Assembly (NCBI GenBank): GCA_964447925.1
Contig: CAYUUP010000001.1
Location: forward strand, 1-57,259
Source: an uncultured Oscillospiraceae bacterium
Lineage (GTDB): Bacteria > Bacillota > Clostridia > Oscillospirales > Oscillospiraceae
DNA length: 57,259 nucleotides
Reading direction: 5' to 3'
In this document: in pieces, positions 9,371 to 18,430 of the stretch
Position numbering within the stretch: the stretch's first letter is position 1
Layout of the letters: every line of letters begins with the position of its first letter
Position numbers and translations under genes: made by a program
The notes under the pieces: generated by a model
Told to the model about the DNA's origin: nothing
The model's database searches: none
The model's input: the letters and a program-made list of their open reading frames with translations, nothing else

Positions 9371-9412
9371 CAAGATACTAGGAACAGATGCTTTCTGTAA
9401 CGATAAAGGCAA

Positions 9413-9456
9413 GCCGCTCCTCTCACAGCGTGAGGAGAGCGGCTCCACGCTTTTCC
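9413..9456 (+). terminator. Hairpin with short U-tract after the PLP enzyme gene
   Basis: gccgctcctctcac / gtgaggagagcggc (9413-9443) with a 2x2 internal mismatch. A tttt run lies at 9451-9454. Confidence 0.5.
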
Positions 9457-9486
9457 AAAAAATATCCTTAAGACGAAGATTCCCTG

Positions 9487-9515
9487 TTGATTTTTCTTTT
9501 TGACAGGCGTATAAT
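9487..9515 (+). promoter_or_regulatory. Candidate promoter of the thiolase/CoA-transferase operon (TTGATT-17-TATAAT)
   Basis: TTGATT at 9487-9492, a 17-nt spacer, TATAAT at 9510-9515. It lies 80 nt upstream of the thiolase ATG. Confidence 0.5.
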
Positions 9516-9594
9516 AAAAGTAGTGGATTTCTATCCCAGCTGTAATTCCCGGCAAACCGGGACAGGCATTTTAAATTACAGGAGGTCATTTCTA

Positions 9595-10854
9595 ATGAGA
9601 GACATTTATCTGGTGAACTGTTGCCGTACTGCTGTAGGCTCTTTCCAGGGCTCCCTGTCCAAGACTCCCGCCTCTGACCTGGGCGCTGTGGTGGTCAAGG
9701 AAGTGCTGAAGCGGGCGAATGTTGCCCCCGAGCAGGTAGACGAGTTGATGTTCGGCTGCATTCTCACCGCTGGTCAGGGTCAGAACGTAGCCCGTCAGGT
9801 CAGCATCAAGGCCGGCCTGCCCTATTCCGTTCCTGCCTACACCGTAGGCATGGTCTGCGGGTCTGGCATGAAATCCGTCATCGAGGCGGCCCGTGCCATC
9901 AATGCTGAGGATGCCGAAATCATCGTCTGCGGTGGCACCGAAAACATGACCATGGCTCCCTACTCCGTCCCCTCCGCCCGTGGCGGCGCCCGGATGTTCA
10001 ATACCCAGATGGTGGACACCATGGTGAATGATGGCCTGTGGGATGCCTATAACAACTACCACATGGGTACCACCGCCGAAAATATCTGCGATGTGTGGGG
10101 TATCACCCGAGAAGAGCTGGACGAATTCGCTGCCTCCTCTCAGGCCAAGACCGCTGCCGCCCAGGCTGCCGGCAGATTTGATGACGAGATTGTTCCTGTC
10201 ACCGTGAAGCAGAAGAAGACCACTGTGGAATTCGCTAAGGACGAGTTTCCCCGCGCCTCCACTAATTTGGAGACTCTGAGCAAGTTGAAGGGCGCTTTCC
10301 CGGTCGGGCCAGACGGTGTGGAGGATACTGTTGTCCATACCTTTGAGCCCACCGGCATCCATGAGGCCGATACCAGGAAGCATGAAAAGCGGGTCACTGC
10401 CGGCAACGCCTCCGGCATCAACGATGGTGCTGCCGCCATTGTGCTGGCCTCCGGTGAGGCTGTTGAGAAGTACGGTCTAAAGCCCATGGCCAAGCTGGTT
10501 TCCTGGGGCCAGGGTGGCGTTGATCCCAAGATTATGGGTGTTGGCCCCGTTCCTGCCTCACGTCAGGCCATGCAGAAAGCCGGTGTTACCATTGATGACA
10601 TTGACCTGATTGAGGCTAATGAGGCATTCGCTGCCCAGTCCATCGCCGTTGCCCGTGAGTTGCACTTTGACATGAGCAAGGTCAATGTCAATGGCGGCGC
10701 CATCTCCATTGGACACCCTGTGGGTGCTTCCGGCGCTCGTATTATTGTTACCCTGATCCATGAGATGCAGAAGCGGCCTGAGGCCAAGCGCGGCCTTGCC
10801 ACTCTGTGCATTGGCGGTGGCATGGGTGTTGCCACCATCTGGGAGAAGTGCTGA
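9595..10854 (+). CDS. thl: Acetyl-CoA C-acetyltransferase (thiolase II)
   Basis: MRDIYLVNCCRTAVGSF.., nucleophile segment VCGSGMKS, NVNGGAISIGHPVGASGARI, and C-terminal CIGGGMGVA. RBS aggagg precedes the ATG at 9595. Confidence 0.93.
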   Translation: MRDIYLVNCCRTAVGSFQGSLSKTPASDLGAVVVKEVLKRANVAPEQVDELMFGCILTAGQGQNVARQVSIKAGLPYSVPAYTVGMVCGSGMKSVIEAARAINAEDAEIIVCGGTENMTMAPYSVPSARGGARMFNTQMVDTMVNDGLWDAYNNYHMGTTAENICDVWGITREELDEFAASSQAKTAAAQAAGRFDDEIVPVTVKQKKTTVEFAKDEFPRASTNLETLSKLKGAFPVGPDGVEDTVVHTFEPTGIHEADTRKHEKRVTAGNASGINDGAAAIVLASGEAVEKYGLKPMAKLVSWGQGGVDPKIMGVGPVPASRQAMQKAGVTIDDIDLIEANEAFAAQSIAVARELHFDMSKVNVNGGAISIGHPVGASGARIIVTLIHEMQKRPEAKRGLATLCIGGGMGVATIWEKC

Positions 10855-10970
10855 GCCAAACCAAACATTGTATCCCGGCGGTCTGACTCTTGCCGGGATA
10901 CACTCGCTCCTTCCCTTGCTGCAGCAGATGGGAGGGAACAGTCAGATTTTTTATAAGGAGTGATTTTCCA

Positions 10971-11663
10971 ATGGGTATTGCAAAAATTATTACGCCGAAG
11001 GAAGCGGTTAAACTGATTCCCAGCGGCGCAACCGTCATGTTTGGCGGATTTGTGGGTTGTGGCGCGGCCCTCAAGACGATTGATGCCATCTCCAAGGATG
11101 ACAGCATTCAGAACCTTACCGGTATCTTCAACGATTCTTCCAAGCTGAACGGCCCTGACGGTGAAGCTGAGTACGCCTGGGCAAAACTCATCCACACCGG
11201 CCAACTCACCGGCTATATCGGCTCCCATCTGGGCACTAACACCGAGGCCTCTGCGCTGTGGAGCGAGGGAAAGCTGAAGGTGGATCTGGTTCCCCAGGGC
11301 TCCCTGGCGGAGATGATCCGGGCCGGCGGCAGCGGCTTGGGCGGCGTCATCACCCCCACCGGCGTGGGCACGCTGGTGGAGGACAGCCCCTATACGCGGG
11401 GCAAGGTCAACTATGACGGCAAGGACTATCTGGTCATGAAGCCCCTCCATGCCGACGTGGCGCTGCTGTGCGGCACCAAGGTGGACAAGTCCGGCAACGT
11501 CTGGTTCAAGGGCACTACCTCCAACTTCCAGACTGTCATGGCGCTGGCGGCGGATACCGTTATCGTTGAGGCCGAGGAGTTGGTAGAAGTGGGCGATCTG
11601 GAGCCTGAAAATGTCCGGATCCCCGGTGTGCTAGTAGACTATATCGTAGTAAGGGAGGGCTGA
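10971..11663 (+). CDS. 3-oxoacid/acetate CoA-transferase subunit A
   Basis: MGIAKIITPKEAVKLIPSGATVMFGGF.., typical of AtoD/CtfA-type A subunits. RBS aaggag precedes the ATG at 10971. Confidence 0.9.
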   Translation: MGIAKIITPKEAVKLIPSGATVMFGGFVGCGAALKTIDAISKDDSIQNLTGIFNDSSKLNGPDGEAEYAWAKLIHTGQLTGYIGSHLGTNTEASALWSEGKLKVDLVPQGSLAEMIRAGGSGLGGVITPTGVGTLVEDSPYTRGKVNYDGKDYLVMKPLHADVALLCGTKVDKSGNVWFKGTTSNFQTVMALAADTVIVEAEELVEVGDLEPENVRIPGVLVDYIVVREG

Positions 11664-11668
11664 TCGTC

Positions 11669-12352
11669 ATGGCAACGAAAATGGATAAGAAGCAGATCAA
11701 GAATTATATCGCCAAGCGGGTGGCCAAGGAACTGCACAATGGTGACGTGGTCAATCTGGGCATCGGCATCCCCACTCTTGTGACCAACTACCTGCCCGAC
11801 GGCGTGAAGCTCATCATCCATGCCGAGGACGGCATCGTGGGTGCGGGCTCGACCCCCACCGAAGAGAACATGGACGCTCTCCACATCGTGGACGCCGCCG
11901 GTTCCCCCGCCACCGTGGCCGAGTACGGCTGCTTTGCCGACTCTGCCCTGAACTTCGCCATCATCCGGGGCGGCCATGTGGACGCCACTATCCTGGGCGG
12001 CCTGGAGGTGGACGCTGAGGGCTCCCTCTCCAACTGGATCATCCCCGGCAAGAAGATGCCCGGCATGGGCGGCGCCATGGATCTGCTGGTGGGCGCCAAA
12101 AAGGTCATCGTGGCCATGGAACACACCGCCAAGGGAAATCCTAAGATTCTGGAGAAGTGTACCCTGCCCTATACCGCTGTCCATTGTGTAGACCTCATCG
12201 TCACCGAGATGGGCGTCATGAAAGTCACTGACGAGGGTATCGTTCTCACTGAGATTAACCCTGAATTTACCGTGGAAGAGGTTCAGGCCGCCACCAAGGC
12301 GAAGCTGATTATTGCTCCCGATCTGAAGCAGATGGAGGCTCCAGCGGTGTAA
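11669..12352 (+). CDS. 3-oxoacid/acetate CoA-transferase subunit B
   Basis: 227 aa with ..VVNLGIGIPT.. and IHAEDGIVG (the Glu-containing active-site region of B subunits). It starts 5 nt after subunit A. Confidence 0.9.
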   Translation: MATKMDKKQIKNYIAKRVAKELHNGDVVNLGIGIPTLVTNYLPDGVKLIIHAEDGIVGAGSTPTEENMDALHIVDAAGSPATVAEYGCFADSALNFAIIRGGHVDATILGGLEVDAEGSLSNWIIPGKKMPGMGGAMDLLVGAKKVIVAMEHTAKGNPKILEKCTLPYTAVHCVDLIVTEMGVMKVTDEGIVLTEINPEFTVEEVQAATKAKLIIAPDLKQMEAPAV

Positions 12353-12370
12353 TTTTCCCAATTTCCAATA

Positions 12371-12416
12371 GCGAAGGGGCGTCTCTGTAAAAGCAGAGAC
12401 GCCCCTTCGCTTGTTG
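12371..12416. terminator. Strong hairpin between convergent operons (intrinsic terminator)
   Basis: Perfect 17-bp stem gcgaaggggcgtctctg (12371-12387) / cagagacgccccttcgc (12394-12410) with a 6-nt loop, followed by ttgttg. Confidence 0.8.
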
Positions 12417-12529
12417 CGGCAGCGACCACCCGGGTTAATGAGGGTAGCTAATCTTTATATAAAACAGCTATGGGAGCGGCACTATTATACTGACCGGTTT
12501 ATGCAGGGGCCGACCCCCGTTGCACCTGC

Positions 12530-15343
12530 TCATTCCTCCGGCATCAGGCTGGCGATGGTGGCCCTCATCTGCTCATGATGGCGCTTTGCCACCATGGACT
12601 GTGTAATGTACTTTCCGTCCTCATCATAGGCTTCACTGTCGGGAATCTTCTCCAGTCGGCAGGCGCAGACCTTGTACTCGGGGATGCGGGCGAAGGTGTC
12701 CAGAGCAGCATTCGTCAGCCAGTTGGCATCGCCATCCGGAAAGTGGAAGGGCATCCAGACTTCACCGGGGCTGGTCTTTTCAGAGACTCTGGCCTCGGAG
12801 GTGATCTCGCCCCGCCGGGACTTGACCCGGATGCGCTCGCCGTCATGTATGCCCAGGGCTTTGGCGTCCTCGGCATTGACCTCAATGAAGGAATGGCCAG
12901 AGATCTCCATCAGGCCTGGCGTGCGGCCTGTCATAGCCCGGGTAGTGTAGTGATACAGGATGCGGCCGGTGGTGAGCATGGTGGGATACTCCTCGTCCGG
13001 CAGCTCTGCGGCGGGGACGTAGACGGTGGGATAGAACCAGCCCAAACCCCGGCTGAATTTGCCCACGTGCATGATGGGGGTACCTGGGTGATCCTTGGTG
13101 GGGCAGGGCCATTGGAGATATTGACCGTTGGTGCTGTCCAATCGTTTATGGCTCATACCGTGGAAGGAGGGAGTCAGTTCTGCCATCTCATCAAAAATCT
13201 CGGCAGCGGTGAGGGTCGGCTGGTCGTAGCCCATGCGTCGCATCAGATCACAGATAATATCGGTGTCCAGCCGCATATTACCCGGAACCTCGATGGCCTT
13301 TCGCACCCGCTGAACCCGTCGTTCGGTGTTGGAGAAAGTACCCTCCTTTTCAGCATAGGAGCGACCGGGCAGAATGACATCCGCGAGCTGGGCTGTCTCG
13401 GTCATGAACAACTCCTGGATTACGAAGAAGTCCAGGCTCTTCAGAGCCTTGAGGATGTGGTGGGTGTCCGGGTCAGTGACCACCGGATCCTCACCATAGA
13501 TGTAAAGCCCTTTAATGTCACCCCGGATGGCGGCGGGAAAAACGTCAGTGGCGTGAAGGCCAATTTCGCTGGGCAGCTTCACGCCCCAAGCCCTTTCAAA
13601 CTTCTCCCGGACAGTGGGGTCGGTGACATTCTGATAGCCTGGGAACTGGTTGGGCTGCGCACCCATATCGCAGGCGCCCTGGACATTGTTCTGGCCCCGG
13701 AGGGGATTGACGCCGCAGCCGGGGCGGCCCAGCTTGCCCACCATCATGGCCATGTTGGACATGGCCATAACACCCTCGGTTCCGGTGGAGTGTTCGGTGA
13801 CGCCTAGACAGTAGATGATGGGGGCTTTTTTAGCCTTGGCATACATCCGGGCGGCGGCCCGCAGGTCATCGGGGTCAATGTGGCAGAGCTTGCCCACCTT
13901 CTCCGGCGTGTAGTCTGCCACGATCTTTTTCAGCTCATCAAAGCCTTCGGTGCGTTCGGCGATGAATTTCTCATCAATGAGGCCTTCCTCAATGAATACA
14001 TGGCACATACCGTTGGCGAAGGCAATGTTGGTGCCGGGGCGGAGTTTCAGGTGAATGTCCGCCTGGGCGGCAATGTCAATGTCCCGAGGATCGACCACGA
14101 TGAGTTTTGTGCCGTTCCGCACAGCCTCCCGGATTTGCATACCCACCACAGGATGAGCCTCCTCCGGGTTGGAGCCGACCAGCAAGATACAGTCCACATC
14201 GTGGGTAATATCATAGATGGGGTTGGTCATTGCGCCAGAGCCTAATGTTTTGGCTAGGCCGGCCACGGAGGCGGAGTGGCAGACACGGGCGCAGTTATCC
14301 GTGTTGTTGGTGCCGAAACAGGTACGCACCATTTTCTGCACCATGTAGATATCCTCGTTGGGGGAGCGGGAGCAGGCAAAGCCGGCCAGCGAGTCGGGGC
14401 CATACTCCTTTTTCAAAGCCATAAATTTGGATGCCACCAGGTCCAGCGCCTCGTCCCAGCTGGCCTTGCGGAATTTTCCAGTGGCACGATCCTTGATGAG
14501 AGGGTCAGTAATCCGGTCGCCGGACATGACAAAGCGGTAAGAACCGAAGCGGCCCTTAACACACAGGCGGCCATGGTTGGAGGGGCCGTCTGCCGCTTCC
14601 ACGCCCATGATCTGATTTCCCCTGACAAGCAGGTCAAACTGGCAGCCCACGGCACAGTGGGGGCAGGTGGTTCGTACCCGCCGGATCTGCCAAATACGGT
14701 AATACTTATCCTCTTTTTTATGGAGAGCGCCGGTGGGACAGGCTTCAGCACAGTTACCGCAGGATTCGCAGAGACTCTGATCCCAGTCTGGGCCGAAGGG
14801 AGCCTCAATTACGTTGAACATACCGGCCTTGCCGTTGCGGATGGCGTTGCGACCGCTGACCTTGGCGCAGGCGCTTACGCAGCGGTTGCAGTGAATGCAC
14901 AGCCTGGGGCGATAGCCCAGGAAGGGATGGCTATTCAGCTCCGGTGACTCGATCTTGTAACGGGAGCCAGGATAGGTAGGATAGTAAACGCCATAGTCGT
15001 TGCACACCTTCTGCAGTTCGCATACGCCGTTAGAGGTACAGGAGAAGCAGTCCTGATGGTGGTTTGACAAAAGCAGATCCAGGGTCATCTTTCGGGAGGC
15101 CACGATGCGATCGTTCCTGGTGTGGATAACCATACCCTCTGTGGCAACGGTGTTGCAGGAGGGAGCCAGCTTTCCCAGACCCTCCACCTCCACTACGCAG
15201 AGGCGGCAAGATCCAATGCTGCTGACGTTTTTCAAGTAACACAGAGTGGGGATTTCAATGCCGTTTTCACGGGCGGCGGTCAAGATGGTGGTACCCTCCG
15301 GCACCTGCAACTGTCTGCCGTCAATTGTGATATTGATCATCAT
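12530..15343 (-). CDS. fdhA: Formate dehydrogenase alpha subunit (molybdopterin enzyme with NuoG-like 2Fe-2S/4Fe-4S N-terminus), Cys-type
   Basis: N-terminal ITIDGRQLQVPEGTTIL..CRLCVVEV (2Fe-2S), then ferredoxin-type Cys clusters, then a molybdopterin oxidoreductase body. The active-site segment is CARVCHSASVAGL, with Cys where Sec-type enzymes carry U. There is no in-frame TGA. Confidence 0.92.
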   Translation of the reverse strand: MMINITIDGRQLQVPEGTTILTAARENGIEIPTLCYLKNVSSIGSCRLCVVEVEGLGKLAPSCNTVATEGMVIHTRNDRIVASRKMTLDLLLSNHHQDCFSCTSNGVCELQKVCNDYGVYYPTYPGSRYKIESPELNSHPFLGYRPRLCIHCNRCVSACAKVSGRNAIRNGKAGMFNVIEAPFGPDWDQSLCESCGNCAEACPTGALHKKEDKYYRIWQIRRVRTTCPHCAVGCQFDLLVRGNQIMGVEAADGPSNHGRLCVKGRFGSYRFVMSGDRITDPLIKDRATGKFRKASWDEALDLVASKFMALKKEYGPDSLAGFACSRSPNEDIYMVQKMVRTCFGTNNTDNCARVCHSASVAGLAKTLGSGAMTNPIYDITHDVDCILLVGSNPEEAHPVVGMQIREAVRNGTKLIVVDPRDIDIAAQADIHLKLRPGTNIAFANGMCHVFIEEGLIDEKFIAERTEGFDELKKIVADYTPEKVGKLCHIDPDDLRAAARMYAKAKKAPIIYCLGVTEHSTGTEGVMAMSNMAMMVGKLGRPGCGVNPLRGQNNVQGACDMGAQPNQFPGYQNVTDPTVREKFERAWGVKLPSEIGLHATDVFPAAIRGDIKGLYIYGEDPVVTDPDTHHILKALKSLDFFVIQELFMTETAQLADVILPGRSYAEKEGTFSNTERRVQRVRKAIEVPGNMRLDTDIICDLMRRMGYDQPTLTAAEIFDEMAELTPSFHGMSHKRLDSTNGQYLQWPCPTKDHPGTPIMHVGKFSRGLGWFYPTVYVPAAELPDEEYPTMLTTGRILYHYTTRAMTGRTPGLMEISGHSFIEVNAEDAKALGIHDGERIRVKSRRGEITSEARVSEKTSPGEVWMPFHFPDGDANWLTNAALDTFARIPEYKVCACRLEKIPDSEAYDEDGKYITQSMVAKRHHEQMRATIASLMPEE

Positions 15344-17178
15344 TCGTCACGCCCTCCAATCAATACGCCGCAGCCGAAATGGTCACAGCGCAGGCAACGG
15401 TTTGCTTCCTGCATTGCTTCCTCATAGGTATAGGGATTTTCCACGTGCTCAAAGTCATGCTTGCGGATATAGGCTGGACGCTCGGTGATATTGGCCCGGC
15501 CGGTCTGTGTACGGTCGTTTTCTTTGGGGAAGGGAGCCTCCGCCTCACAGAGCAGGGTGTGGTGGTAGCCGAGATATTCATCAATGTTATGTGCGGCCAC
15601 TTTACCTGCGGCAATGGCCCGTATAGCGGTGGCAGGGGATGTCTGGCAGTCACCCCCCACAAAGACACCGGGCAGTTCGGCCACAACAGTATCCAGTCCT
15701 GCCCGGAATACGCCTCGGTCAGCGGGCATACCAAAGTCCTCAAAAGGCTTGCTGACAATGTCCTGACCTGTGGCAATTAGGATCACATCGCAGGGTATCC
15801 GCATACGATCCTTGTTGGCGTTAATGGGGCTAGGGCGGCCCGACCGGTCATATGGGCCAATCATCTGGGGCTGCACGATTAGAGCAGCGCAGTTGCCAGC
15901 CTCGTCCTTTTCAATGGATTTGGGGGCCTGGAGGGTCATCAGTTCAATGCCTTCCATGATAGCAGATTCGATCTCACTGTCCAGGGCAGTCATGTCCTCC
16001 TGACGGCGGCGGTAGACAACGCGGACGTCCTTTGCATTGCAGCGTATAGCACTTCTGGCTGTATCCATGGCAACATTGCCACCGCCGATGACGGCCACAG
16101 TTTTGCCGGTATAATCGGGAATATTGCCATTGCCGATGCGGTCAAGCATATCCACGGCAAATTCCACATTCCCAGCGTCAACGCCGTCCAGCCGCAGCTT
16201 TTTGCCCACTTGAGCGCCGATGGCCACGAACATGGCGTCATACTCATCATAGATGGCCTGGATTTTCTCCGGGGTGTCCACATAGGTGGTACATTTCACT
16301 TCAATGTCCCCTGCAGACAGGATAGCGCTGATGTCCTCATCCAGCCGCTCCTTTGGAAAACGGTAGTTGGGAATACCATAGCGGAGCATACCGCCCAGCT
16401 TTGCCTGCCGCTCGTAGATGACCGCCTTGTGGCCCATCTGCGCCAGGAAGTAAGCACAGGTCAGGCCGGCGGGGCCACCGCCAATGATGGCAATCTTTTT
16501 CCCGGTAGACACACCGCATGGGGGAACGGCCACCCGGTCTGCGGCGATCTGATCCACAGCGTATTTCTTAAGACCGCGGATGTTGATGGCGTCATCCAGC
16601 AGACGGCGGCGACAGCGCTCTTCGCAGGGATGCTCGCAGATCATGGCGCAGGCAGTGGGCAGGGGATTGTCCTTCCGGATCAGATTGATGGCTCCAGCAT
16701 AGTCTCCTTCGCCCACCAGAGCGATGTAGCCCGGAATGTCCACGTGGGCGGGGCACTTGTTGATGCAGGGTACCTTTTGCCCCACGTTGGCGGGGCAGAT
16801 ACGCTTTTGAATGTGGCTCTCATACTCCAACCGGAAGCTGTCCAGCCCCTTCAGCACCTCATCAGCGGACTGATAGCCAACGGCGCAGTCCGCCGTATCC
16901 CGGATCATGGTGGCTAGGGACTTCATCTCTTCCAGGGTTTCCATGGTAGCGTCGCCATCCAGAATCTTTTTCAGCATCACAGAGAGCTGGGGCAGGCCAT
17001 CCCGACAGGGTACGCATTTGCCGCAGGTCTGGTTCATGGATGCCACCAGAAGGGACCACTGAACCGTCAGGGGACAGGTTCCAGGGGGATAGCTGATGAC
17101 TTTGTCAACGAATTTTTCCAGAAGCCTGCCGATTTTGGTATCGCAGCTCTCCGGTTCAGCTAGATAAATTTTTGCCAT
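15340..17178 (-). CDS. FDH electron-transfer subunit: NuoF-type 4Fe-4S module fused to a GltD-like NAD(P)H:FAD oxidoreductase
   Basis: QTCGKCVPCRDG (NuoF N3-cluster motif). CPAHVDIPGY..CEHPCEERC (GltD Fe-S region). KIAIIGGGPAGLTCA and VAVIGGGNVAMD (two Rossmann folds). The stop overlaps the fdhA start (ATGA). Confidence 0.88.
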   Translation of the reverse strand: MAKIYLAEPESCDTKIGRLLEKFVDKVISYPPGTCPLTVQWSLLVASMNQTCGKCVPCRDGLPQLSVMLKKILDGDATMETLEEMKSLATMIRDTADCAVGYQSADEVLKGLDSFRLEYESHIQKRICPANVGQKVPCINKCPAHVDIPGYIALVGEGDYAGAINLIRKDNPLPTACAMICEHPCEERCRRRLLDDAINIRGLKKYAVDQIAADRVAVPPCGVSTGKKIAIIGGGPAGLTCAYFLAQMGHKAVIYERQAKLGGMLRYGIPNYRFPKERLDEDISAILSAGDIEVKCTTYVDTPEKIQAIYDEYDAMFVAIGAQVGKKLRLDGVDAGNVEFAVDMLDRIGNGNIPDYTGKTVAVIGGGNVAMDTARSAIRCNAKDVRVVYRRRQEDMTALDSEIESAIMEGIELMTLQAPKSIEKDEAGNCAALIVQPQMIGPYDRSGRPSPINANKDRMRIPCDVILIATGQDIVSKPFEDFGMPADRGVFRAGLDTVVAELPGVFVGGDCQTSPATAIRAIAAGKVAAHNIDEYLGYHHTLLCEAEAPFPKENDRTQTGRANITERPAYIRKHDFEHVENPYTYEEAMQEANRCLRCDHFGCGVLIGGRDE

Positions 17179-17230
17179 ACTTGCTGTTTCGCTCCTCTCA
17201 GTGGGTGGTAAGGGGGATGTAAGACAGCCA

Positions 17231-17258
17231 GGGGTTCCAAACAGCCGTTTTGGAAACC
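17231..17258 (-). other. Stem-loop in the 5' leader of the fdh operon
   Basis: ggggttccaaa (17231-17241) pairs with tttggaaaccc (17248-17258) at 10 of 11 positions, with a 7-nt loop. It lies about 55 nt upstream of the subunit start codon and has no U-tract. Confidence 0.3.
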
Positions 17259-17281
17259 CTCTTTATAAAACTGTGTCCTTA

Positions 17282-17310
17282 ATATTAACGATTTGGCTGG
17301 AAAATCGCAA
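17282..17310 (-). promoter_or_regulatory. Weak candidate promoter for the fdh operon (TTGCGA-17-TAATAT on the minus strand)
   Basis: The plus strand shows atatta (17282-17287) and tcgcaa (17305-17310), separated by 17 nt. Each hexamer matches consensus at only 4 of 6 positions. Confidence 0.3.
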
Positions 17311-17560
17311 GGCAATTTCGCACAAACATTGGTTGAGCTTTTGGGTTGTTACACAAAATATCATTTGTTGTTACCAGTGTGTCAGGCTAAACGGAGGACG
17401 CTTTACTCATGGCTGTGGAAATCAACAATAATTAGATGAATTTTTGTTTGGATAACACTTCATCCATGACAAAAAAACAACTATAATAGCATATAATTAG
17501 AGTGGCTGTATGATTTAAACTGTGCCACATCTGCACAAAATATCGAGGGAGGATCCCACC

Positions 17561-18391
17561 ATGAATTTCTTTTCCCCAGCCGAAGTGGCAAAAAATTACA
17601 TCTCCACCGGCAGATCCAAAGTCAATCTGCCCATCAGCAAAATGCTTGTTCTGGGCATTCTGGCGGGTGCGTTTATCGCTTTTGGCGGCATTGCCAGCAC
17701 CACGGTTTCTGTCTCCATTCCCATGGCTTCTGTGGCGAAACTGGTGAGCGCCATAATATTTCCCGGTGGTCTGACTATGGTGCTTCTGGCCGGTGCGGAA
17801 CTGTTTACAGGAAATTGCCTGATGACTATCCCACTGCTGGAACGGGAGATTTCGCTTAGCCAGATGCTGAAAAGCTGGGTGATGGTTTACATCGGAAACT
17901 TCATCGGTGGCGTACTGGTTGGAGCAGCTGTGGTATATTCCCACCAGCTGAGTCTGTTCAGCAACGGCCTTGCCGTCACCGTCATCTCCACCGCTGTTTC
18001 CAAGTGTTCTTTGAGCTTTGGAGATGCGCTGATCCGGGGCATCCTCTGCAATCTCCTGGTCTGCATCGCCGTCTGGATTTCCTTTGCGGCAAAGGATGTG
18101 GCGGGCAAGATCGTGGGACTGTTTTTCCCCATTATGTTCTTTGTCGCCTGTGGCTTTGAACACAGCGTCGCAAATATGTATTACATCGCTGCCGGTATCT
18201 TTGCCAGAACGGTTCCCGCCTTTGCCCAGGCTGCCGCAGATGCTGGCGTGGACTTCAGCACCCTGACTTGGGGCGCGGGCCTGCTGAATAATCTTTTGCC
18301 CGTCACCCTGGGCAACATCATTGGTGGCGCGGGGCTGGGCTGCATCTACTGGTTCTGCTATCTATACAAGGGAAAAAGCAGCAGCAAGTGA
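17561..18391 (+). CDS. focA: Formate/nitrite transporter family protein (FocA-like)
   Basis: Six-TM FNT-type protein (..FTGNCLM.., ..LCNLLVCIAVW.., ..GFEHSVANMY..). ATG at 17561 follows gagggagg. Confidence 0.9.
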   Translation: MNFFSPAEVAKNYISTGRSKVNLPISKMLVLGILAGAFIAFGGIASTTVSVSIPMASVAKLVSAIIFPGGLTMVLLAGAELFTGNCLMTIPLLEREISLSQMLKSWVMVYIGNFIGGVLVGAAVVYSHQLSLFSNGLAVTVISTAVSKCSLSFGDALIRGILCNLLVCIAVWISFAAKDVAGKIVGLFFPIMFFVACGFEHSVANMYYIAAGIFARTVPAFAQAAADAGVDFSTLTWGAGLLNNLLPVTLGNIIGGAGLGCIYWFCYLYKGKSSSK

Positions 18392-18430
18392 ACTTGCCTA
18401 TTATTCTGCCAACAGGAGGTGCGTTTACCT

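Noticed and set aside
9592-12361. Long antisense ORFs (9592-10383, 10563-11450 and 11639-12361 on the minus strand) opposite the thiolase and CoA-transferase genes
   Set aside because: They lie entirely within strongly motif-supported sense genes in G+C-rich DNA. Their products are low-complexity and Gly/Ala/Arg/His-rich, and they lack RBSs. These are typical shadow ORFs.
12575-14947. Plus-strand ORFs of 410 and 223 aa inside the formate dehydrogenase gene
   Set aside because: They are antisense to a 937-aa protein with unambiguous Fe-S and molybdopterin motifs, they have no recognisable domains, and the GC-rich sequence depletes stop codons.
12530-15343. Selenocysteine recoding (in-frame TGA plus SECIS) in the formate dehydrogenase
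   Set aside because: The ORF is uninterrupted and the active-site position is an ordinary Cys codon (CARVCHSAS).
17179-17440. Molybdenum-cofactor (Moco) riboswitch upstream of the fdh operon
   Set aside because: A CCUCCG string on the minus strand (around 17392-17397) recalls the Moco motif. However, it lies upstream of the best candidate promoter, and the other conserved elements (GGAAAGG and the multi-stem architecture) were not found by eye. A covariance-model scan would settle it.
17432-18163. 243-aa minus-strand ORF overlapping focA
   Set aside because: It is antisense to a clear formate/nitrite transporter. Its product is hydrophilic and low-complexity, and its start lies within the focA coding region with no RBS.
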